NCBI RefSeq assembly: GCF_002113885.1
Contig: NW_018406583.1
Span: forward strand, 11,103 to 70,818
Origin: Mizuhopecten yessoensis
Taxonomy: Eukaryota
DNA: 59,716 bases
Direction of reading: 5' to 3'
How positions within the stretch are numbered: the first letter of the stretch is position 1; each line of letters starts with the position of its first letter. The translations under genes were made by a program, and so were the position numbers. Under the pieces are notes generated by a model. It saw only the letters and a program-made list of their open reading frames with translations, ran no database searches and was not told where the DNA came from. Shown one piece after another: positions 1 to 12,827 of the stretch.

Positions 1-1769
1 CTCCTGATGCATATAAACTAGATTTCAGTCTGTTTCACTCAGTTCAGCACCCGGTATCCATGGTTACTAATACATAAATTTATATTTATTGAAAATGGAT
101 AAAATATCTGTTTTCATTCAAATTACACTATTTTATGGGTTTTTTCCACTCAATTCAGCTTACAGATTAAATAAACAAAGTCAATAATGTCAATAAATTT
201 TATTTCCATAAATACATTTGAAGAAAATCCCTTTTTTCAAGTGAAATATGTTAAATGAACAATTTCTGAGGGTCACTGTCAATTCAAGGCGAGGAATGTA
301 AATAACGGTTGCTATGGTGGCACTTGTCTGATGTTTCCTAATGCCTGACATTTTGGTGCTGTTCATCGGTTACGGGAAGTGTGTCTGTTGCTAGTTTGTT
401 GTTGTGATGGGTTTCCTAGTGTTCATTTTGATATCACTGAGCCTTGATGATGTCATAGATGCCCATTGATGACGTCATAGTTATGATGACATCACAGTAA
501 CCATGACATCATAAAACAAGACAGAAACATCATAGTATCACTGTATTGTTTTGTTTTCCACATGCACATGATCTCAATGCATCATATTTCACTGAAAAAG
601 AAATTGTATTCAAGAAAACTACAAACCTATTCAAGTCTTCATTTTCCAGATTACCTCCCTTTGTTGGTAGTTTGAGAGCAGAATTGGTAAAAATTCACCT
701 GTCAGGAGAATTCATATTACTCGGTAACTATTAAAGTGAGAAAGGAAACAGATACATTGTTTCGTTAATTGTATCATTTTCCAGACATTTAAAAGGGTTT
801 AGTTAAATTTTCGGGAAAAGAAAGTGATGTATAAATACACATAGGAATTTATTTTTTCTGAAAAAAATGCCTTTGTATGCTTGATTCAGCTTCACTTCAA
901 TTCACTATTGCTTAAAACTACACAAAAACGTTTAAAAAGCTACATATATAGGTCAATATATAGGTCAATAGCCTTTTACCTGAGGGATGTTTAAAGGGGG
1001 GTAACTCACCCTTTTCACAGGAACTTCACAATTCATCACATATGTGTCAAGTGTGTAATTGGTAAAGTTGATACCAAACAACAAATAATTCACAGGCTAA
1101 CTCCTGATGCATATAGACTAGATTTCAGTCTGTTTCACTCAGTTCAGCACCCGGTATCCATGGTTACTAGTACATAAATTTGTATTTATTGAAAATGGGT
1201 AATATATCTGTTTTCATTCAAATTACACTATTTTATATGGGGTTTTTCCACTCAATTCAGCTTACAGATTAAATAAGCAAAGTCAATAATGTCAACAATT
1301 TGTTTTTCCATAATTACAGTTGAAGAAAATCCTTTTTTTCAAGCGAAATATGTTAAATGAACAATTTCTGAGGGTCACTGTCAATTCAAGGCGAGGAAAG
1401 TAAATAACGGTTGCTATGGTGGCACTTGTCTGATGTTTCCTAATGCCTGACATTTTAGTGCTGTTCATCGGTTACGGGAAGTGTGTCTGTTGCTAGTTTG
1501 TTGTTGTGATGGGTTTCCTAGTGTTCATTTTGATATCACTGAGCATTGATGATGTCATAGATGCCCATTGATGACGTCATAGTTATGATGACATCACAGT
1601 AACCATGACATCATAAAACAAGACAGAAACATCATAGTATCACTGTATTGTTTTGTTTTCCACATGCACATGATCTCAATGCATCATATTTCACTGAAAA
1701 AGAAATTGTATTCAAGAAAACTACAAACCTATTCAAGTTTTCATTTTTCAGATTACCTCCCTTTGTTGG
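1..1769. repeat. Tandem duplication, period about 1100 bp (unit 1-1100, partial copy 1101-1769)
   Basis: CTCCTGATGCATATA(A/G)ACTAGATTTCAG at 1 and 1101. Near-identical sequence continues to TTACCTCCCTTTGTTGG at about 667 and 1768. Confidence 0.95.
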
Positions 1770-3638
1770 GTCAAATTTTGGGTTATTTTTTTTTATTTTT
1801 TGTGTGTTTTGATGTGGTAACCATGGTTTTCACAAGTCCCAAATCTGGGGAAAACACCTTTTAAAAAAAATCTAAAATAAATGTATTCAAAGTGTAGTTT
1901 ATAAATATATATATATATGTAGGTGTGTTGTGCAGGATGAATCCAATAACCATGTTTATCTGAGACATGCCCTTTACTTTTAGGATCCAGCCATTTCTAC
2001 TGTACTCTGCTACTGTAGCTGCACTCAGATTCTCACCGTTAACTCGGCGTTGCCGACGTCATACCATTAGTCATAGACTACTACTGACGCTTCTACTAAT
2101 GCTACTGGTACGGACTCCCGGTCTGCACCTCCCTGTCTGTAGCATGCAGGGCTGAAGAAAAAATAACTAAGTTTCAAAGGGCCATAACTCTTGCAAAGAT
2201 ATTCATATCATCATATGATTATCATGACACCTACAAAATTGTAGAAGTTGACGTGACAAGATTTTTTCTACAGATAAACTTTGTTGCAAGGGAGTATCAT
2301 AATCAATGTTTGGGGAGGGGAGGGGGGCTTTGCTTCCATGTCTCAGGTTGACCCTAAAGGCGGCTTAGGGGTGGGGGTCAGAATATTTGTTTCGAGTAAA
2401 GTCCATTTTTCATAAAATTTTGGTCCCTGTGCCTCAGTTTCAATACATCCCTCCCCTAACTCTACCCAATACAACCCAATCAGTTTGTCCTGGCTACACA
2501 TTATTTTCCTCAACAGAATACACCTCAAATCATACACTACAGGTATACAAGTATACAGATACAAGGTTACAGAATCAGAATATGTACCCAAGAGGGTTCA
2601 GACACCCCCTCCCATATTCTATAATTGATTATGGTTTGACTGACTAAAACATGGTAAGAAAACTTTCAAGGTTAAATATAAAGATTTGGAACAGAACCTT
2701 TAAATACAAGTTTTACTGTGAACTGCATTCAAACATCATTTCTGCCTATAGCTAAGGCATTTACCATATCCCTTTCATTTTATGATTGATCAATGATTGA
2801 GAAAAAGTTATTGGAAATAGATTTTGATTTTGAACACTAGCTGCTAGTCACTTAAGTGTAAAACTTCAAAATAAAACTCTTAAATTTGCTTTGCATTTTT
2901 TAACAAATTTCCATACGATCTTTCTTTATATTAGCCCAGGTTATGTGAGTTTTATTCATATGATGTAGGAGCTACTGGCACCAATCCTTTATAATATCAC
3001 TCCAAGCACAGGGTTCATTACAAATGTCTGAAATACACATGCTATAGACATTTATAACGAATCCCTGTGCTCCAAGGGTCTGGTTTAAGTTGAAATCACA
3101 AGAGTACATCTAATAATATGAGAAGTCCGTCATCAAGGGTGTCTAACAGAAGTTACACGCCTATAGGCCTAATATTAATAGATCAAAGATCATATAATCA
3201 GCTTATTCAGAGACGTACATTTATTACAATATATACATATATACCTCTTTGGTTAATTGAAAGCTAGACGTTATTTTGATGTGCACACACAAAAAAGTGA
3301 TAATTCGTCTAAATATGCATAAAAAAGCAACCAATATCAAAACTCATTGAAACAGAGAGTAAACCTACCAGTCAGTATCAATTTTACAACGTGATCAACG
3401 CCTATTTTGTAATTATGAAGAAAAAAATTGAGACTTACCAAAATATCAGAGTATTAGGATTGACAGCGCGGGAAGATGTGACGCGAATCTCGGGCTCGTG
3501 CATGTGACCAAGTGCTTTTTCATTGGCCAAGAAGTTAATATGAACAGTTTTCGTACTCCGAGGGTCATTGAGGGGTGCAGGTATGGACAGGTACCTCTGC
3601 CGAGAGAAATTTTAAATATGATACATTATTAATTTAAC

Positions 3639-4232
3639 GGGACAATTTAGTTAAGTAAGTTTTTTGTATAACCTTGTCACAAACCTCTTCATGATTATAT
3701 AGCTTAATACTTCCTATGAACAATTTATGTCGATAATCCGTAATGGAGAAATCCTTAACTGAACAGATGTACGTTTTAGCGGCAGCTGTCGGTGAATTGC
3801 TAGCTAACAAAAATGTCTTTCCAGTCGAGGAGATTGTAAATTCTAGCTTTATTCGCCCATCTCTGAATAAAAGTATATGCACCTATTTTGAAACAAAATC
3901 ATCTTCCAACAGCATCTAAATCATCGTTATAAATGAGTGATCTATTTAACGTTTCAACCTGTTGATATCGTACTTTCTGCGGTTTAAATCTCCCTGCGGC
4001 ACCCTCTCAGTGTGAACATGCTCTAATTGAACAGAAAATCCAAATATTTTTATCACCGGCTTTCTCGAAAGATGAAACTGACCACATGTACACTCAACTT
4101 CGAAGTTGATGTACACTGGACGTTGGCTTCAGGTCGTGTCATTATCAACTACGTAAAAATTCGTTAGGAGGTATTTTTCAATATCGACTTGATTTTCAGG
4201 TAATCAAAAAACTTACTTCACTAAATTGTCCC
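3639..4232. mobile_element. Non-autonomous TIR element (possibly Kolobok-like)
   Basis: 28-bp inverted repeats with 1 mismatch: GGGACAATTTAGTTAAGTAAGTTTTTTG (3639-3666) and CAAAAAACTTACTTCACTAAATTGTCCC (4205-4232). TTAA lies just left of the element; no clean right TSD. Confidence 0.6.
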
Positions 4233-5309
4233 TACGTCAAATCGGCGTCTTTTCTATCGGAAACATCAACCTTTTTTTTCTTGCTGTTTTCCCCTTTCAT
4301 GCAACTTTAAAGATTGTTTGTCCCTATGCAAACCCCAGGGAAGGTTTGGTGCTGTCCATTGCAAAGTTGAACTTTTCGTGGCACAAAACCGTTATTTCCC
4401 TACTTTTAACAAATTATTTGCAAGACATGCCACTAGTAAATATTTTGCACTAAAACAGATGTAAACCCTGCAGGGGTACAAAACGTGACTAAAATGTGTC
4501 TAAATTCAAAATTTTAGCAGAACACTGTATCGGATACTAAAGAAAGATAATTTATTCAACTTTGATGTATATTACACACACATATTTAATATATCGATAT
4601 ATTCATATAGCATTCTTATCCAATGGGAAAAAGTCCAGTATAAAACGCCCAGCGTAGCGATGCGAAATTTTTTTTCTTTTTGAAACAAAAAATGTTTGGA
4701 CCCCGTCCCCTTACATTCATTCATATTACACAATATACTTAGAAACAACATGTGTGTCGAGGTGTGGAGTGAAGCACAAGTGTCATAAAATAAAAACTCT
4801 GTGTTCGAATTTCGTGTGTTAAGAAATATCTTTAAACATCATTCTTCGGATCCTTTTTGGGATCGTTTGTTATTTTATGATATGAAAACGTGATATTTAA
4901 AATCAAACATATTAATATCAATTATCGATTGTCTGAAAACGTACACGTAGTAAGAGACAACTTGTTTCTGATGTTAAAATAGTGATGAGAAATGTGTGTG
5001 TGTGTGTGTATGAGGGTGAGGGTGTCAGGGTGTGGGTCGAGACTACCTTGACCCCTCCGCCTCGGATCCACTCATGTCATAGAGGACGGACACATTGAGT
5101 AATAGCCCCAGAGAACATACGTCGTTAACATGGAAGCGTTCATCCTATACGCTGTATGTTCAAAAGTAAGATACGCATACATATGTTACGTCTTTATTAT
5201 TTGAAAGAAATATTTACAACTTTAGCGTGAATAATTGAAATATGTTTGATAAAAACTGTATCCCAAAGAAAGATTTTAAGCGCTACATCTCTTTTGCAAA
5301 ATATGCAAG

Positions 5310-6765
5310 ATATACCTCCCGTTGTAGAGTTTAACTCACCAATGTTAAATGTGGCGAAACTTAATATGAATCTCCCGTTTTGAGTGTGACCCTACCAATA
5401 CAGATTCTGACCCTGTTGTAGAGTGTGACCTTCACACCTTACATATGTCTTCCGTTGTAGAGTGTGACCTTCATACCTTGTACATACCTCTCATTGTAGA
5501 GTGTGACCTTCACACCTTATATATACCTTCCGTTGTAGCGTGTGACCTTCACGCCTCATATATACCTTCCGTTGTAGAGTGTGACCTTCACACCTTATAT
5601 ATACCTCCCGTTGTAGAGTGTGACCTTCATACCTTATACATACCTCTCATTGTAGAGTGTGACCTTCACACCTTACATATACCTCTCGTTGTAGAGTGTG
5701 ACCTTCATACCTTATACATACCTTCCGTTGCAGCGTGTGACCTTCACGCCTCATATATACCTTCCGTTGTAGAGTGTGACCTTCACACCTTATATATACC
5801 TCCCGTTTTAGAGTGTGACCTTCTCATTGTAGATTATGACGTTCACAACTCATATATACCTTCCGTTGTAGATTGTAAACCCTGTGTTAAATGTGACGTA
5901 ACTCAATGTGACCCTCCCGTATTGGAGTGTGACCATATCGTTACTGATTATGACCCTGTACATACGATTTATTCCCATCGTAAAGTGTATATACTCCATT
6001 GTAGAGTGTGGCCCTGTACTTGATATATTCCGCCTCCCCCTGTTGTAGAATGTGATTTCCACACATCATATATATACCTTTCGTTGAAGAGTGTGATCTA
6101 CATACCTTTTTTTACCTTCCGTTGTAGATGTGGCGTTCTGTTGAAGAGTGTGACCTTCAACTGACCTTCTTGTTGTAAAGTGTGACCATCACACTTTCTT
6201 AATACCTCCCATTTTAAAGTGTGACCTTTACATCTCATATATACCTCTCTTGGAAGAGTGTGACCTTCATATCTTATATATACCTTCCTGTTGTAAAGTG
6301 TGACCATCACGCTTTATTAATACCGCCCATTTTAAAGTTTGACCTTTACACCTTATATATACAATGTACCTCCTGTTGTAGAGTGTGACCTTCACAACTT
6401 ATAGTAGAGTGTGACCTTCACACCTCATATTTACCTCTCTTGGTAGAGTGTGACCTTCATACCTTATATATACCTTCCGTTGTAGAGTGTGACCTTCACA
6501 CCTCATATATACCTCCCATTGTAGAGTGTGACTTTCACACCTTATATATACCTCCCATTGTAGAGTGTGACCTTCACACCTCATATATACCTCTCTTGGT
6601 AGAGTGTGACCTTCATACCTTATATATACCTCCCGTCTCAGTGTGACCTTCTCATTGTAGAGTATGACCTTCACAACTCATATATACCTTCTGTTGTAGA
6701 GTGTAAACTTCCATATGTTAAATGTTTTGGAGTGTGACCATACCGTTACAGATTGTGACCCTGTG
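5310..6765. repeat. 39-bp minisatellite (TTGTAGAGTGTGACCTTCACACCTTATATATACCTCCCG)
   Basis: Dozens of tandem units with degenerate edges. It explains the 13-aa periodic ORFs VVECDLHTLYIPP and EVYIRYEGHTLQ. Confidence 0.95.
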
Positions 6766-7504
6766 CATACAATTTCTTCCCATCTATTGGCTACCGATCA
6801 GGATCCAAGAACAACTGGATCTTCAGAAAGACATTTGATCCCTGTGTCCTTGAATATAAGTTCATAGTCATCCCTTTCGCAAACTGTGTAGCCTTAATTG
6901 CCTGCAAGCAACTGGCCATACATATATCATGACTCTTGGGGTTTCAGAAAAACCAGTTTGAGTGTTATAACAGAATTAATCCACACCTGCTATATCAAAT
7001 ATAGGTCAATATCATTTCTTTTCATATATTTTGAAGTACTAATTCATGCCAGTAAGCCACTGGCCATATATCACGACTTTAGGGCTATTGGTTTCTCAGA
7101 AGTGCCTCGAAGACCTTGATTATATAGATCAATGTAATTTTTTTCACACTATTTTTAGATTATAATGTCAGCATCATTCACAAATGTTTCTCACATGAAC
7201 TTAATTTAAACAAGAGGATATTGAAAACTCTGGTACCAAGTTTGAAGAAAATTGGTTAACATTTGTTGTAGCTACTGCACGGAAACGAAACGCAGTGTTA
7301 ATGATGTTTTTCGTTGTTCAAGGGGCCATACAGAGATGTACCTCCGCCAAATGGGGTCTGCTTAAAGTGGTCCTCGAACTTGGCCGAGCCCTTAAGGCAT
7401 TTAACCATGTGACCATATAATTTTTAACCAATCAATCAGCTCTGTTTTTTTATAATTGTATAAATTAATTTTATCAAGCTCAAGAATTCTTTATTTGCTT
7501 TCAG

Positions 7505-8091
7505 GTCTTCATGTATTCCAGTATTCCATGATGATAGCTGGTCACACAAAGTTTGACTCAGACTGGCACTTCGGTGTGTGGAAGCTGCGCTGGAGATCAA
7601 GTGATGTGGAAACTCTGCAGGAAGTTGCCCAATCAGTAATGAAATCGTCACGAAATGGACATAATATTCCCCAGTTGGTGCAAGATGACGACAAACTCAT
7701 TAAGTTCACAGACTGGAAGACGTATTTAAAACCATATGTTAAGCCTTTAAAGATCCCTAGGAGTTATCATCATTTTGTAGTAGATTCTACTAAACCAGGA
7801 ACAGTTTTGTGCAAGGAACTTTTGGACTCCCCCACTGTATTCATTAATCTACTGAAATGCGAAGATATCCTGCCCTCTGTGAATGATGTGCCAGTTGAAA
7901 AAGTGTCAGTAGGATTTGACCCATCACGGCAGTGGTATTTGTTTGATAACATTAGAGAATTCTGTAAGTCAGAATGCTCAAAGAACAGTACATGTCCGAA
8001 ACCAGTTGTACCAAAGTCAGAAGTCAATGTTGATGAAACTAATGAGATGCCAAATCATCCCAGTAAGCGAAAAGGTCTACTGTTGAGATGA
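7505..8091 (+). pseudogene. Last exon of a Sola-like (probably Sola2) DNA transposase, 5'-truncated
   Basis: Acceptor TTTGCTTTCAG at 7494-7504, then an open frame with GLH..YSMMIAGHTKFDSDWHFG, YHHF, PG.V..K and RQWYLFDNIREFC..TCPKP, motifs I recognise from invertebrate Sola-type transposases. No upstream DNC/QNKN exon was found in the window. Confidence 0.6.
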
Positions 8092-9075
8092 ACCTTTACT
8101 ATGACTATCAAACTACTGAAATGTGCGTCATTTTGCAAGTTTAATCTAAAATGAGTTAATTAAGGAAGAAACGGACAGGTATCACATGACCAAACACTCA
8201 ATACACTGTAATATATAAATTGGTTGGACAATCCTTTTAACATGAAGTCACAAACCAAGGTCAACTAAATATTGTTTTTAATAATTACTGTTGATTGAAA
8301 TAAGATATATATCCTTTCCAAGTCTTATGTCTGATTATTGTGAAAGATGAGACTATATTGATCAAGGATTATTAACCGATGAAATGATGATTTCACTTTG
8401 AGGTCAAATGCCAACTTCTTGAATATTCAAAACAGATGCAACCTCCTTTAAACATAAAGTAGGTTACCTGAAAGGATAAAATAATATTACAAAAACCAAT
8501 GCAAATTTAAGAATCAATCGCACCTAAAGTTAAAAGAGTTCAAAAAAGTGAAAAATTGGACATTTTTCATGAGATCTGCATAAAAGGGTGTATGACAGGG
8601 TGTCATTCTAACCCCCCTTTACTTTTTGTTTTCCCTGGAAACATCTTTATTTTTTTTTTATTTGTAGCATGGATATAAGTTATTTTATATACCAATTTGA
8701 AAAAGAATTCATTAACAATTCTATTCGACTTTACAACCAATTTTTTTGCGAAGTTTTGCCTAAGTCAGTTGCAGGCATATTGTAAAAAAGGGTAGCCATT
8801 TTGAAAAAATATTTTTTTATTATAAACATTATGTCTAAAATATTTCAAAATATTCATTTATCATATTGTTCTCAGATAAATAAAAAAAAAAATATATGCA
8901 TTTTTTGGCGGGTGCCTTAATGACTTCAAAGGGGGGTAACTCTTTTAAAGAATATTTTTAAAAATAGCCTGAAAACCTATTCTCAAATTTTGTTAGGTAC
9001 ACCCCAAAGAACAATATATGCGAAATTAAAATAAAACTCATTAACTACATTTATTTGGCCTCTAGTGTCCTTCTC
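8092..9075 (+). mobile_element. Probable 3' part and terminus of the Sola-like element
   Basis: Sequence after the transposase stop ends in ...GTGTCCTTCTC (9075), matching the GRG...CYC termini described for Sola2. The left terminus was not located. Confidence 0.35.
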
Positions 9076-9129
9076 TACCTTAAGTATGACCAACCAAATT
9101 TACTGTTGTTTTTCACTCCTTGATTAATT

Positions 9130-10260
9130 AAACAAGAGGCCCCGAAGGCCTGTATTGCTCACCTGGAAATGTTAGTAAAATTGAAGTTGGAATCGCTAGA
9201 TGTTGCTGGTAGTGTACATGTATTACATGGTTAGTCAAGGGTTATATTTATGCAATTGGACAAAATCCTGTCATTCCTACAGGAAAAAAAGGATTTTGAA
9301 GAAATTGCTGTTGGACAAAATTCTGTTATTCCTACAAAAGAAGAATTTTCAAGAATTTGCTAAATTACCTCTATTGGGCCCCACTTCTCAGGCCCCAGGA
9401 GGGTCAGACACACCATTTACACAAAATTGATTTCCCTTCCGCATAGGATGCTACTGTTCAAATTTGGTCAAAATACCGGCATCCTAACGGAAGAAAAAAG
9501 GATATTAAAGCTATTCCTCTATATCCCTTATTTGGCCCTGCCTCACCGCCCCCAGTGGGGTCAGACACACCGTTTATACAAAATTGGTTCCCCCTCACCC
9601 AAGGATACTTCATACCAAATTTATATAAAATCCTGTCATTCCTACAGAAGGACAAGGATTTTGAAGAATTTGCTATGTTTCCTCTATTGGGCCCCACCCC
9701 TCTGCCCCTAAGGGGGCCACACCAATACCAAGATGCAAGGATGCTCCAGACTAAATAAGGATAAAATCCTTTAATCCCTACTGTAGAAGAAGGATTTTAA
9801 AGATTTCACCTCTATTTCCCCTATTCGGCCCCGCCCCTCTGCCCCCAAGGGGGCCACACCCACTGTTTATACAAAATTGAGTCCCCTTTGCCCAAGTATG
9901 CTTCAGACTAAATAAGGATGAAATCCTTTAATCCCTACTGTAGAAGGATTTTGAAGATTTTACCTCTATTTCTATTATTTGGCCCCGCCCCTCTGCCCCT
10001 AAGGGGTCACACCCACTGTTTATACAAAATTAAGTCCCCTTGGCCCAGGGATGCTCCAGACTAAGTTAGAATAAAATCCCTTAATCCCTACAGTAGAAGA
10101 AGGATTTTAAAGGTTTTACCTCTATTTCCATTGTTTGGCACTGCCCCTCTGCCCCCAGGGGGGCCACACCCACCGTTTATACAAAATTGAGTCTCCTTAG
10201 CCTAAGGATGCTCCAGACCAAATTTAGTCAAAATATACTTAGCCGTTCAGGACTAGTAGC
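9130..10260. mobile_element. HINE/Helentron-like non-autonomous element with internal ~155-bp satellite array
   Basis: Begins AAACAAGAGGCCCCGAAGGCCTGTATTGCTCACCTG. About 6 tandem units containing GGCCCCGCCCCTCTGCCCC...CACACCCACTGTTTATACAAAATTGAGTCCCC start near 9377, 9534, 9689, 9827, 9981 and 10136. Confidence 0.75.
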
Positions 10261-11228
10261 ATTGTTTTATTGATGGTTGTCTTGGTTTTAAATAATTTGT
10301 ATTCCAATCTTAATTTGGTCTTATCAAGGGTTTTCTTTATCAATGTTTTGCTGTTAAACTTCTGATTATTTGACAATTGAAATTAGATATATTTGTGGGG
10401 TCCAAATATTGTGGTTTCCTAAAAAAACACACACATTTTGTTGGTACATGAATTTGTGGATTATAAGTACAGAGAATTGTTTTTCGTCAAACTTGTAATT
10501 ACTTTGTGGACCTTTGAATTTGTGGAGGCAGATTACTCATGAAATCAACGAAATAAAAAAAAAGAAAACACAAAAATTAGTGATTTCTCAGTACATTTAT
10601 ACCTGCACTTGGCAAGGAAGAGTTCTATAAACAGTATACATTGTACTATGTGTATGATACAGTGTATTCAATACTGTTTATCATTTTCAGGTGGTTGTAT
10701 TTAATAAATCATAGAAACGTTTTCTTTGATATTAACAATTCATATACCATCAGTTTTCAATTGAAACACAGGGTTTCTTGAACCAGTTACCTGTATGCTG
10801 AGGAAAATTATATAGAAAAATTGACAAGTATGTGAAGGAGAATGACATGTACCCTAAGAATATGAAAATAAAGACAATTTAATAAATTTAATGTGTCCTG
10901 TTTTTTTATCCAATTATTATATCGATCAATCAAATAATGATGAAGCCACCAAGTCAATTAAGAAGTGACATCAACATTCGTTCTGTTTAATTCTGTTTTT
11001 AGTAACAGTGACCTTGATATCAGTAAACCACGTGCACCTCCAACTTCAATGTAGGGGGGATGATAATACAGTGTATTAATCCCTGGATAGAAAGAAACAA
11101 AAGCTTCAGTTGCATATTAAAAAATAAAATTTTATTTCATTTATTTTAACATACACTTAAATTATATCACAAGGAATCTTCACACAAACACTTTCCCAAA
11201 GTCGAAGAACTCTATACAATTTTGTGGA

Positions 11229-11395
11229 TACTGTAAAATCATAAATTTTCGGGGACATCAAATTTCGTTTGTTTCGTGGATAACAAAAATCCACGAAATT
11301 CAATACCCATGAAAACATATATGTAATTTCCTTGAAACAGGAAAGTATATGAAAAACGAAATTTTAACCCAACGAAAATAAGTGATTCTACAGTA
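11229..11395. mobile_element. TA-flanked MITE (TACTGTAAAATCA...TGATTCTACAGTA)
   Basis: Terminal inverted repeats with internal AAATTTCG/CGAAATT sub-repeats. Similar-style elements at about 10385-10593 and 43636-44054. Confidence 0.6.
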
Positions 11396-12393
11396 CGACA
11401 GCTCTTCTGTTCCAATGCAGTGGATCAGAATTAAAGAAATAATTTGAAAAATAGCAATAGTAATCATAATTTGATTAGGGATAATGTATCGTTCCTGGTT
11501 ATATTTTTAAAACCAAAACATGAGGTGCAATATGTTATTGTCCAGGGTTTCAACCCAGCTACAACTACCCGGTACATAAAATTAGACACCACTTTACACT
11601 AATGAATGATGACGTGCTACCACAATAAATACAAGTAAGAGTGACCTCCCTTTTTCCTGGAGAGACTTCCATTGTTGATGGTACCATATTTAACTTAAAT
11701 GCATGTTCTAATAATGTGGGCTCCACAAAACTTTTACTAACGAAGATTAAGGCAAAGTTTGACACAGTTTTGATGATTAATTACGTAACATATTTGACTA
11801 TTAAAAGCTTCAAGTAGCATCTTAAGAGGAGTTTGGATTTCACCTTTCTGAAATGTGTGTTATTACAATTTTGCTAACAAGTTATTCAATTTTATCAATA
11901 TGATAAAACTAATATCTTTCAATCTTTAAAAGAAATCAAAAGTGCTATATGTCACAACATGAAGCTATCACTTTCGGTATTGGTAAATCAGAACTTTTCT
12001 TTGCAAAGCTGTAGATTTTCTGTTCAGATTCAAATAAAGCGATTGAAAAATAAATCTTTGTTTTAGAATGAAGAGGGCCTGGGTGTTGGCATGCTGTCCT
12101 TATATGGGATACTGACTCTACTGAACATTGTGACTGCTCTTAACCAATGTTTTAAGGATTTTCATGTCTGACATGCAGGATAAATCTTTCAGACATAGCT
12201 CATCAAATCAGAAATCCTTTGCATTTCAATTTAATGATAATAAATATTGAATTATTTAACAAGTGGAAATAACAATAATCTATATTTTGCAGCTTCTGTA
12301 CCAATATATTTTCCTTATGGGTTGTACACTATTCATTTGAGAATCCCTGAAGGTAAAAACATTTTCAATTTTTAGTTTTTTGGCATAGCAGTC

Positions 12394-12481
12394 AACTCAT
12401 TCACCCCTGAAATTTCATAATGAACTATTCCAACCTTTGAATTGGAAGAGTTAAAATGTGTCTTCAGGAGTGAAGGTGTTA
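12394..12481. mobile_element. ~90-bp piggyBac-like MITE, family A
   Basis: AACTCATTCACCCCTGAAATTTCATAATGAACTATTCCAACCTTTG...GTTAA. An inverted near-identical copy lies at 55030-55118 in a PSMD1 intron. Confidence 0.7.
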
Positions 12482-12704
12482 AGATATATACAACACTACA
12501 ATATCATTATGATATTCCCAGGAAATGACTTCAATAACACCACTTTGATCGGCCATTTCTTGCTCTGATTAGCTTTAAGAGTTTTAAACACAAACGTTCA
12601 AAATCAAATTTGTATAAAACTTCATATCTGAAAACTTCATTATGAATCTCTCTACAAATATTTGAGTTATGAATTTCAAGTGATTTTAAATTCACTAGAT
12701 TTGA

Positions 12705-12710
12705 TTTATT
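12705..12710 (-). terminator. Candidate polyadenylation signal (AATAAA) of PPOX
   Basis: TTTATT on plus, about 120 nt downstream of the PPOX stop codon. Confidence 0.45.
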
Positions 12711-12827
12711 CATTAACTCAAAAGGTCATCGGCCCTTGAACCACTCAGCAGCTGTGATGATAGCTGTTGTCATGACAACTGCTGAACACGTGTACAAAAG
12801 AGTTCACTGACCGAAGCCACGGTTGGT

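Noticed and set aside
1930-2155. GC-richer exon-like segment with a minus-strand acceptor near 2152
   Set aside because: All frames close within about 30 codons and there is no recognisable homology; it may be non-coding or transposon-derived.
4233-4430. Degenerate hAT-type zinc-finger remnant on the minus strand (MSCK...GTNN...SLKLHE)
   Set aside because: It needs several frameshifts and stops; too weak to call without an HMM search.
5445-6674. Cys/His-periodic ORFs resembling metal-binding repeats
   Set aside because: 39-bp minisatellite with ORFs on both strands, degenerating at the edges.
12754-12810. C/D box snoRNA (GTGATGA...CTGA)
   Set aside because: Only about 57 nt, antisense to PPOX, not intronic in any plus-strand gene, and with no terminal stem or recognisable rRNA guide.
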